Assembly: GCA_016748015.1 (NCBI GenBank)
Contig: JAAOMT010000480.1
Coordinates: forward strand, 620,001 to 684,000
Origin: Geosiphon pyriformis uo1
Taxonomy: Eukaryota > Fungi > Glomeromycota
Length of the DNA: 64,000 bases
Direction of reading: 5' to 3'
The notes beneath the pieces were generated by a model. The model was not told the origin of the DNA, made no database searches, and saw only the letters and a list, made by a program, of their open reading frames with translations. Below, piece by piece: positions 13,577 to 24,563 of the stretch. Position numbers and translations under genes: made by a program. Within the stretch, counting starts at the first letter, position 1; each line of letters begins with the position of its first letter.

Positions 13577-16500
13577 AAATAATAAAACAAAAATAAAAGT
13601 TTTTAATAAGACATATTTTTCTTTTTTAACAACTATTACAAAACTTAACATATTAATAAATGTTTTTTTATTTTTAGTTAAAAATAATCTAATATTTTTT
13701 GGCTGTGTCATTTTTTTTAAAGTATATTAATAAAAATCTAAGTACATATTATATAAAATTGTTTTTTTTTGTGTTTTTGGATTATTCTAAATAAGTTGTT
13801 TAAATTTTTGTAATTTTAATAATAAATAATATTGTTATATAAAAAATATTGTTTTGTTTAATATTATTATTAATGTTTTTTACTTAGAAACTAATTTTTT
13901 AATATTGTAAATATTTCCAAATATTTTTTAAAATTGTTATAGTTTTTGGAATTTATTGTTTATTATTATTTTTGCTGGTTGTTTGTTAAATTAATTAATT
14001 TTATTAGTATTTTAATCTTGTTTTATTCTTAAAAACTTATTAATATTAATATATAGTTTTCTTAGTTTATAATATATAATATATTTGTAGTTTGCAAAAA
14101 ATCTGATTTAACAAATTTGTTTAGTATTTAGCTTTAAATTTTTGTTTTGAAGTCATTTAAATTTAATATTATTAGTAATAATATTAATTTTTTTGGGTTT
14201 AAAATATAAGTTAAAATAAAAAAAAGTCTAAATTACAGCTATTATTTTTAATTTAGTTATTAAATAATTTTATTTTGCTGATTTTAAAGTTTTACTAATA
14301 TAAACAAATATTTTTTTATTGCTATTATTGTTTAATTAAAATAAAATAATACTAAAAACTATATAAAACATCTATAATTAATTGAAATTTTTTGTTAAAG
14401 TCAAGATAAACTAAAATTAAGACTGTTAAAAGTTTTTTTAAGAGTGTTATAAACTTTTTGCTGTTTTAAAGTTTATTAATATTTAATATTTTTATTGGTT
14501 AAGTAGTTAAATGGTTTGGCAATTTTTAAAAATATTTTGATAAAATTTCAATAATAAAATACTAATTTCTGTAAATTTTTTTAATTCAATAGTGTTTTAA
14601 GAGATCTTAAAATTTTTTAATTAGATTTAATTTTTTTTTATTAATAATATAATTAAAAAAACCAAAATTGGTTTTTTAAAATAGTTTTTTTGTTTTATTT
14701 CTGTTTTTTATAATTGTTGAAAAACTTTCTGCAATTAAACTAATTAAAATTTAAATAATAATAAGTAAATATTAATATTATTAAAATAAATAACGACTAA
14801 TTATTATAAGAGTTTAGTATAAACAATATTTATGAATTATTAAAATATTACTAGTGTATTATATAATTTAAAAAACATTATATTAAACTTATAATTTTTT
14901 TTGGATAATAAAAACTGTTTTTAAATAGTCTTTAGAATCTATTATAACTTATTGGTATTTACTTTCTAAATTCAATATTAAAAAGTATTTAAATTTTCTA
15001 AGAATATTTAACATATTATTAATTTATAATAATAAATAATTATTTCTAATTATAATATTATTTAATTGATAATAGTTAACACAAAATTGTATTTTTATAT
15101 TTTTTTTAATATATACTATTAATAAAGTTTATAAACTTATTAATAGTTAAATAAGTTCATTGTTAAATATTTATTGGACTTTTTTTTAATAAACTAATGG
15201 CTACTAAATAGTATCTAATAGACTTATTGTTGTTTTAGTTTTGTATTTTTGATATAAATTTGGTATTAAACTAAATTAGATCATTTTAAATTATTATTGT
15301 TTTTAGCAAATATGTTTATATATTTTATAATAAGCTGTTTAAGCTGTTTTTGTTGTTGTAATTCTAATTGTTTTATGTTAATTTAAGACAATTTTTTAAT
15401 AATAACATGATAATTTTTGATTATAAGAACTAAATTGAATTTCAAAAAAATATTTAATAATTTCTATAAAGTTTGTAACTTTTTATGATAATTTTTATTA
15501 AAAAATATTATTATAAATAATTTTAATTTCTAAATACTTAATTAATATAACAAAATGGGTTTTAAAATTGTATAAAGTAATTTTAAATTCTTTGATTCTT
15601 TAAACAAATAAATATTTAAAATTAAAATTTTAAGTTTTTTGTAAATTTGTTTATTTGACTCAAAAATTTATTATGTAGTAATAAATTTTGGGCAAATATA
15701 TACTTCTTAAATTTTTCTAAAATATAAGAGAGTAATTGTTTTTAATAATCTAAGAATATAATAAAATTTGTTTTATACATTAAAAACTATATTTACTAAA
15801 ATTATAAATTGTTTAATTAATTCAAAATTTTGAGTTTTTTAATTATTTTCTCCAAAATTAATTCAATTTCTGATTAATTACAAACTTAAAATGTTAATTA
15901 AGAGTAAATAAATAACTTGAATAATGTTTTTAGCATATTTAATTGTGAATGATTTTTTAGTTTTATTTTAGAGTATTATTGTAATGTTTTTAATATATTT
16001 TACATTAATAATTAAAAAACAATTTATAATATTGTTTTTAATAAAATTTTTAAACCAATTTTAAGATTAATTTTGGTTAAAAATTTTGGTTATAAAATCA
16101 AGATATCTTTTTTTAAATAGTATAAATTATATTTAGTATTAATTTTATTTTTTTAATTTTGCCAAATTTGATTTTATCTTAATCTATTTTAATAAGTAAT
16201 AATATATTAAAGACATTGTATTCTAAATATTATTGGTTATTATACAGCATAATATATTCTTTGCAAAATTGAATATTTATTTGCTTTAAATATTAAATCT
16301 GAGTTTTTTTTGAAGAATAAATATGATTAAATATTAAGTAATAAAATTCAGTTAGTTCTAAAATATATTAAATATATTCTGTTTTTTTTATTTACCAAAC
16401 ATTTTTTTGAATTTTTTTGTTAATAAAAACGATTGTTAATTTGTAGATAATTTCAATATTATCTAAATAATAGTAAAGTTTGTTGAAATACTGTTGTGAG

Positions 16501-17891
16501 TGGTCATAAAAAATGGTTATTTTTTAATTTTTTGGAAATAGAAAGAACATATTAACAAATCTGATCACAAATATTTATTCTTATTAATATATCAATTTAA
16601 TTATATTCTTTTAGTAATAGTTTTTTACATATAAAACAAGATATATTGTTTTATTTTTTTCTTAAAAAAGCTAAATTATTTATTATGGCAAGTTTTGTAT
16701 TAGTAGCATATTTGGTTTTTGTATTTTTCTTTGGATAATATACAAACTTCTATAAATAAAAGTTTTTTGTTGCAATTTTTGCATTTTAGTAAAATATATA
16801 TTGGCTGTTTTTGTAATTCTTTTTTTGAGTATAAAATGTATTTATTTATTTATTGTTATTAATATAAATTATTGGTTGGAGTTTTTAAATTATAATAATA
16901 TTGTTTGTGGTTTAAAAGTTTTAAAAATCTGTTGTTTTGTCTTTTTGATTTAATTAAACTATAAACTGAGCATTATATAAGTTTCTGTAATTGGTTTTTC
17001 TTTTTTTTTCAAATTCAAATACAAAAACTTTCTTAAATTGTTTGTTGAAAGTATTAAAAATAACAAGTACTTTAATGTATTGTCTTTAATATAAAATTTT
17101 TAAATTTTGGGTTTTCTAATCTAAACTAGCATTGGTTTTGAAAAGCCAATTGTTTTTGACAAAAGCTTAATATTGGAATATATTTATAATTAATATTTTA
17201 ATAAGAATAGTGATTTTGTTAATTGTGAAGGAAAAATTGTCAATTTTTTTTACAAACATTTTTTTCATATTATTAGCTGTAATAATTATTGTTTGAACAA
17301 ATCTGTCAATATTTTTTTTAATTTTTGTATCAATTAGTAGATAATAATACTTTTGGCAGATTATTGTTTAAAATAAGCCAAATTAATTTTCTTTTAACTT
17401 TAGTTTCAGTATATATTGCTATAATTGCTTTTTGTTTTAATGTTGCTGTATTACTAAGTAAGAACAATTAATTGGCTTTGAATTTGAATAAAAATATGTA
17501 TAAAATATTGGTATTTTCAGCTATTTTTGTTGATAAAATTGCTGTATTGCTAGAAGAACTTTGTTGTTTTGTTGCAGTTCTACTTTTTGAGAGTGCAATA
17601 AGTAAAAATTTTGGTATTCAAATATTATAAAATAACTGGGTTGAGTGTAAAAGTGTTTAAACAATTAATGATTGTTGTTATAAGATACTAATTAGTTATT
17701 AAGATTACTTCTACAGTACCCCCGAAAAGTAATGGCGGGGTAACTCTTGCGGCGCGTAATTCTTATTATGGTCCGATCAGCTATTGTTAAGACATTTTAA
17801 GTAATAATTTGTACGCGCATACATTCCATGCTACTATTTTTATTTTTTAAAACAAAATTGTTTTGATCAATAACGCGTTTTATTTCTTGTA

Positions 17892-19238
17892 ATGAAATAT
17901 AATCCTGTAAAATTCAATCGTGAAGTCGTTAAGAGATTTTGGCAACAAGGTTATCGAAGTCCAACCGAAATATCGCGAAAAACTAATGTTCCTCTTCGCT
18001 CTTGTGAACGATATATAGGACAACTTCGTAAAAATGGTCAAATTCGAGCAATTCATCGTTCAGGTCGTCCACGAAAAACTTTACCAAAAATGCGTCGCCA
18101 GATTGGAAAAATCGTAAATCGAAATCACTTTACTACAGCAATTGAAATCAAGGCACAACTTGCAAAAACATATCCTGAGATTGAAATAAGCGAACNNNNN
18201 NNNNNNNNNNNNNNNNNNNNNNNNNNNNNNNNNNNNNNNNNNNNNTGGAAGAATAATCCTTGATCAAGATTATTCACGTTGTTACTAATTGATAAAAGCT
18301 TTATTGTAAGAATTAGAAAAGCGCTAAAGACCATTAACATTTTGTGTTTCTAGATTAGAGAAACACATCAGGCAATTGTAAGGATAGCCTCAGAGAAGAC
18401 CCCAGACAGTGGGTAGATTTCAGTTCAGCCTCTGAGAAGGAGTACATAAACACACACAACAATTAAGAATTAAAGAATAACTTACATCACAACAGTAAAA
18501 AAAAAGCCTTCAATGTAACAGTGACATTATCACACAAATAGAATTGAGAAATTCACGAAAGACTGATTGCAATTAAAGCGGGATATCAGCAATTAAATAT
18601 AACAAGAAAACCATCCCGTAACATTTAGTGAACCCTACAAGGAAAGAAAATCAAAAAGGAAATAATAATTAGCAATAATTCATTGCTAAAAAGGAAAAGA
18701 CAAAAGTGGCAACAAAAACCCCTAATCTTACTGTTCTTGAATTCTGCCATGCTATTTACACACAAAATCAGAGTGATCTTGGATTACCAGAAGGGTGTTG
18801 TCCAGCAGAATCTGTCCTCACTTATTATATCAATGCCAGAATAAATTATCATATAGGAAAGGAAGAAGAACCACACGACGCAAAACTTGGATTGTATAGA
18901 GAATTATCACAATACACTACAAAAGANNNNNNNNNNNNNNNNNNNNNNNNNNNNNNNNNNNNNNNNNNNNNNNNNNCAAATCGCGTTTTGTCTTGGCGAT
19001 CATATGGTCCAGATCTCAATCCAATTGAGAATATTTGGGCTATTCTTAAACGAAATGTTGAGAAAAAAGTCAAAGCAACAATATCACACAAAAAAATATC
19101 TCTCAAGCGATTTTTATTACAATAGTAGAAGAAGAATGGAATAATCTGTCTAATGAGGCCATTCTTAACTGTATTACTAGTATGCAAAATCGAATTCAAG
19201 ATTGTATTAGTGTAAAAGGAGGACATACTAAATATTAA
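17892..19238 (+). pseudogene. Tc1-like transposase, middle lost in assembly gaps, one apparent frameshift near 19095
   Basis: N-terminal HTH with GRPRK motif. C-terminal W.SYGPDLNPIENIW (WPxxSPDLNPIENxW with the catalytic Glu) and terminal ...SMQNRIQDCISVKGGHTKY*. Confidence 0.9.
18246..18926 (+). mobile_element. Gap-flanked fragment of a fourth LTR retrotransposon family (LTR 3' end, PBS-like site, start of a gag-like ORF)
   Basis: ...CGTAACA ends at 18623, followed by TTTAGTGAACCCTAC (PBS-like, TGG decayed to TAG). An ORF starts at 18706 (ATKTPNLTVLEF...ESVLTYYINARINYH), similar to the E2 gag start (ESAFNCYVNEKIVYY). Bounded by two 50-N gaps. Confidence 0.65.
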
Positions 19239-21061
19239 TTTTCTGCATATATATTCTTTACTTATATATCTATTAAATATTAAAATTTAAACAGAAATTA
19301 TTATGTATAAAAAAAATACTCCGCCATTACTTTTCGAGAGGACTGTATTATTGTTAGATTGAAAACAATTTTGTAGTGTAAATTGGTTAAATTGAATTGG
19401 TTTTTTTGCTGGTATTAAGTAGCTTTAAATTAAAGGTGATTGATAATACTGTTGTTGTTAAATTGGTAATAAAGACTAATAATAATTAAACTAAAGTCTT
19501 TGTAAATAATAAGTAGATAGTAGTAAATTACATAATTGCTATTATAATCATATTTTTAGTGTTCTGAAATTTTATAATAATAACAATTTAAGTTTTGAGA
19601 TTAATTGTTGTTTGATAAAAATAAATTGTTTTGATTTTGTTATTATGATAATTGATATTTCTGCTGTTGGTTAGTAAAATAACTTTCAATCTTTTTTATA
19701 AATTGATCAATTTTATCTTTTGTTATTGAACTTGTTTCTTCAATTGTTAGATTAACAAGCTTGGTTTAATTTGTTTTTTTATTGCTATTTTATAGTTTTT
19801 AGCATATAATATAGTAATGGCTAAATTTTTTGGAATATGTGATCAGACTTTTTTAATTAATTTGTCTTTTAGTCTAGTAGTAAACTGGTCTAAAACTTAA
19901 GCATTAAAATAATAATTGTTGTTTTTTAATTGTTTGATTTTTTTAAGAAGTTTATTAAACTATTTCAGATATATTATAATAGATTTAGATGGTTTTTGTT
20001 TGATATTATAGAAGCAATTTTAAAGAATGATTAAAGTATTATTGTTAGTAAATTGTTTAAGAAAAACAATTTAAATATTTGTTAATCTTTAAAAAATATT
20101 ATTATATTTTTGAACTATTTGCCTGTAGTTTTTTGTAAAAATTAAAAAATTATTTTTAGTATTTTGGTTATATTCTATTTATTTATATCTTTTACTTTTG
20201 AAATTTTGTTAAGTTATTTTTGTAGACTGGTTTTAATATTTCTCCTAAAAATTTAGGAATTTTGGCAATATAAGTTATTTTTTTATTGTTTTTTTCTTTA
20301 TTGTCTGTGGTTTTTTATTGTTTTTTTGTTTTTTGATAAATTGAAAAATATTTTTTTCATTAACTAATGTTTTTAAGTGTTTATTTTAGTTTTTAGCTAA
20401 ATAATTAAAAAAAATTAATACTTGTGTAAATTGAATTTGTTTTTTGTATTAGGCTTTTGAATAAAATTAAGTTTTTTGGTCTTGTTAATTAAATAAGTAA
20501 AAAATTGAATATTTGTGTTTAAACAAGTAAAATTAAAAAAAATGTGATAAAAAGTAGTAATTTAATACTTGTTTATTGTTTAAATGTTTAAATATTGTTT
20601 TTAATATATTGAAAATTATATAAATTAATCTGGTGTTTTTTTTTTGTTAATGGTTTTTAATTTATATTTAAGTTCAAGAACAAATTGTAAATTAACAAAA
20701 TTTTTTTTTTACAGAATTAAATAATGTTGTAGTTAAGTTTTTAAAAATAAATAGCATAAGCATTAACATAAATAGCATAAGCATTAACATTAATAGCTTC
20801 TGATTTTATGTTTAAATAGTAAATTAAATTTTCAAGACGATTTTATTTTATTTTTGTAATATTGTAATTTTTAAAAAAATAATTATTGATTTAATTTTCA
20901 ATATATTGAAAAAAGTTTTCTTAACAACTATAATTTTATCTTAAATTTCAAATCTTTGTTTACAATAAATATAAATTAACTGATAATATTCTAGAGTTAT
21001 TATGTTAAATATAATTAGTACTTTAATATAATTATTATTATATTATTAGAAAAGCACTAAA

Positions 21062-22032
21062 TATTATCAGAGTTTTTTTACTCTTTTTTTGTTGTTGTTA
21101 ATGTTATTTTGCTGTTAATAAAAGCTGGTAGATTTCTAATAAGCTAATTTATCTTTCAAAATATTTCTTTTATTTTGGACTGTATATGCTGTTAGATTTA
21201 TGATAAAATGACCAATTTTATGTTAATTATTTGTATAGTTTCTTTGCAATAAAAATTAATTCTTTTACAAAAAATTTTGTTTGTAAGCTTTTCAATAATA
21301 TGTAGTTACTTTGCTATAAAAGTTAATTTTTTTACAGAAAATCTTAATTATTGATTACTTAATAATATAAAAAATAAAATAAAATAAAAGTAAAATAAAA
21401 AATAAAAATAAAATAATAATTAAAAAAAATAAAAAAATAAGTTCAAAGAAATCATTTTAGATCCAGATTTGAAAATATTAACAGTTACTAAAATTGGTAA
21501 TTAATTAATTTCAAAATATTAATTTTGAATAAATAATTTTAAAGTAGTAATATTTAAGAGTTTTTTGGTTTTTAAAATAATTTTATTGAATTAATTTGTA
21601 ATAATTTTGAGTTACGATTAATATATTTTTTCGAAAAAAGAAGCTTTTTTTTATAAAACTTGTTATAATATTATTCTATAATCTAGCACTATTTTTTTTT
21701 TAATATTTTGGCAAACTAAAGATATATTTTATTAAATTACAAGTTATTTCTGTAAACTATTAATTATTTTAGTAAATTGTTAAATATTTTGTCAAATTTT
21801 AAATATTTTAACGAATTTTAAATGCTACATAATTTGGTGTATTACATGATTTAATTATTACAATTTAGTTATATTTGTATTTTGTACAAATTGGATTATT
21901 AATTAAATAATACTTTGGATAATTTAATAAAATAACAAGTAATAATTTAAAATAATAATATATGTTAATTAATAATAAGAATTATAAAGATAATTTTATG
22001 CTAATTAATAGTTTAAATTTTTGTTGATAATA
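21062..22032 (-). repeat. E3 5' LTR (family A)
   Basis: Starts TATTATCAG and ends TTGATAATA. Adjacent AAAGCACTAAA is a decayed reverse-complement PBS. Confidence 0.8.
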
Positions 22033-23812
22033 TTATAGTTGAAAATAAAATAAGTAAATTGTCTATGATTGAAGTTATTATTAGAATACAAATATATAAT
22101 ATTAAAATAAATGATATTATTTTTATAAAGCTATAAATCTATAGTTTAAAATTTAAAATCTGCAATAGAAGTTTTAATATTAATATTCTAATTGTTAATT
22201 GCTTAATCAAAAGTAATAATTAATTTTAATATGATCTTGTTTATAATAGTAGTTGTAAATCCAAATCTCTAACTATTATTATTGATTTAATAATAATTAT
22301 TATTACTAATTTTGAAAACAATTATTTTTTTAATTATTTTTATAATATTAAAAAAATTAATATACAGCTTGATTATTAGTTAAGTATTTTTTTATTTATT
22401 ATATTATTGAATTATTTTAAACTTGGTATTCAATTTAAATAATTTATTTATTATTAAATTTACAGTTTAAACATAATTGGTCTTAAGTTTGACTAATTTA
22501 AAATTTTTAATTAATATAATTGCTGTTAAATAATTTGTTAAATGTGTTAAACATACTTATTAAAAAATATTATTGTGTAATTTTTTGATAAATTAATTCA
22601 AAATCTAAAATACTATATAGTAATTAGTGTTAATTACTTAAATTTAACACAAATAATAATGAAAATATTCTAAATAAATAGTAATTGTTTTGCAATTTTT
22701 TTGTTTAATAATATTAAAATATTTTTATAATTTAATAATATTATTGTAATTGTTAAAATATTAAAAAAAGACAGTTTTAAAGACAGTAAATATAATAAGT
22801 ATAATAATTAGATTCTAATATTACAAATTTGTTATGATTTAAAAAAAAATAAAATTATTTAAGAACTTTAATATTATTTTAATTGTTAATAATAATAGTT
22901 TTTTTATATTATTAAATTATACTTGAACATTATTTTTTTGCTAATAAATATTTTTAATTTGGTAATTAAGATATATATTATTATTACTGTTAAAAAAAAT
23001 ATATATTAATAATAATAATAATAATAATAAAGCTATAATAATTAATAATATTAATGATAAATTTAATAATACAGTTGAATTTATTAGATTTTAAATTATT
23101 TTTAAAGTTTGAATTAATAAAATTTGAAATACAATAAATTTAATATTAAATTTTTTTTAATTATTTTTTAATCTTGATTTTTTTTCCTAATTTAGTTTTA
23201 TTTTAGTTATTAATAAAACTAAAATTTAATTTTGGTAATAATAATTATAATAAAATTATTAATAGTTATAATTAAAATTCTTTAAAAAATTCTTTATTAA
23301 TTGCTATTTTTATAATGGTTTTAAAAAATAAGTTTTGGTTTTGTTATAAATATAAACATAATTTTTAATAAAATCTGAATAATATTGTTAAAAATATAAT
23401 AATACAATAGTTCTAAAAGTAAACAGCTTATATTTTTTTCTATAGTAATAAAACTATTTTTTTGAATATTACTATTAAGTTTTAAATTAATAAGTTAAAT
23501 TAGTTGTTTTTTGTAATAAGTAAAATTGTTTTTAAATATCTTTATAGATTTTTTAATAAATTTCTATTAATATACTTGCAAAATTATAAAATTAATGATA
23601 ACTAAAATGTTTTTTAAATGCTTTATAAAAATTGGCTTTTGTAATTTTTGAATTAATAAAAATTAAAGACTGATTCTACTAAAAAATAATTAATAATTAA
23701 TTTTAAATTTTTTGAAAATATTTATATGAATTTCAGATAATTGGTTCTTGTAAATTTTGGTTTTACTGCTTTTGTTTTTTGTAAATTATATTTTATAAAA
23801 AGTACTAAATAT

Positions 23813-23843
23813 CAGTTGGGCTTCACTCGTTAAATGCATAAAA
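23813..23843 (+). mobile_element. 31-bp extreme 5'-truncated LINE insertion
   Basis: CAGTTGGGCTTCACTCGTTAAATGCATAAAA matches the LINE 3' end (TTGGGTCTCACTCGTTAAA at 13548-13566). 16-bp TSD AAAAAGTACTAAATAT at 23797-23812 and 23844-23859. Confidence 0.85.
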
Positions 23844-23856
23844 AAAAAGTACTAAA

Positions 23857-24563
23857 TATTATAAATAAGTTTTAGAGTTTATTAAATTTTGTATAATTTA
23901 ATGTTTAGATTGAATAATTTTTTAATTTGCAAATTTTTTGAAGGTTTTAAATAAGAAGTTTTTTATATAATAAACAAAAATTTAATATTAATTATAAATA
24001 ATACTTAATATTTAATTTTTTTGATATAATAACTGATTTATTCTAATGTTTTTTATTTTTTTGCTAAGCAATTTTAGTTTTTTTGATTATATTTTATATT
24101 TTTACTTTGTGTTTTTTACTTAACAATTTTTGTTATCATAATTTTAATATTTTAATTAATTAATTAATAAATATAAAACAAAATAAAACAAAAATAAATA
24201 AAAATTAGTATTTTATTAATAGTTTTAATTAAAATTATTATTTTAATATTATTAATATCAATAAAAAATAAATTAAATTTTAATAAAGTAAATATAAACT
24301 TATAATATTGTATTTATATAATATAATTTAATAAATTTATTTTAAAATAATTATAAACTTTAAATATTAGATTATTAATTATAAAAGTTACTTAATTAAA
24401 TAGAAATTAAACTTATTTTTAACTCAATTTGTCTTTTTTTCTGCTTTTAATATATATATAAATTTTTATAATTTGAAATTTTTGAAATTTTTAATATTAT
24501 ATGTTTTAGTTATTTATTATTATATTTTTTTATATTTTTTTTTGTTTTATTTTATAAATAATA
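23857..24563 (-). repeat. E4 5' LTR (family B, decayed)
   Basis: Matches 588-1380 and the reverse complement of 43322-44192. Ends TATTTTATAAATAATA (decayed TATTTTATGAGTAACA). Confidence 0.7.

Larger units (their letters stand above)
17714..19345 (+). mobile_element. Tc1/mariner (IS630-Tc1-mariner superfamily) DNA transposon, young
   Basis: 29-bp imperfect TIRs CAGTACCCCCGAAAAGTAATGGCGGGGTA (17714-17742) and its inverse (19317-19345). TA target duplication at 17712-17713 and 19346-19347. CpG-rich. Confidence 0.95.
10998..22032 (-). mobile_element. E3: heavily decayed Ty3/Gypsy element of LTR family A (same family as E1)
   Basis: LTRs at 10998-11854 and 21062-22032, decayed PPT at 11855-11872 and PBS at ~21050-21061. 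The internal sequence is colinear with E1 (3' ORF, IN, RH, RT, dUTPase, Cys-rich domain, PR, gag). Flanks CTGT/TTAT are compatible with a transition-decayed 4-bp TSD. Confidence 0.85.
588..24563 (-). mobile_element. E4: decayed Ty3/Gypsy LTR retrotransposon (LTR family B), internally deleted, host of LINE A, E3 and a micro-LINE
   Basis: Two similar LTR-like copies (588-~1380 and 23857-24563) match the reverse complement of the E2 LTRs. A decayed PBS lies next to 23857 and a PPT-like tract at ~1382-1395. Remnants of integrase C-terminus (~2040-2340), dUTPase C-terminal region (~2400-2600), protease (~10300-10650) and Gag zinc knuckle (~22215-22260) are recognisable by comparison with E2. Confidence 0.7.

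Noticed and set aside
18706-19125. Novel gag-transposase fusion protein
   Set aside because: The ORF is joined only through a 50-N gap.
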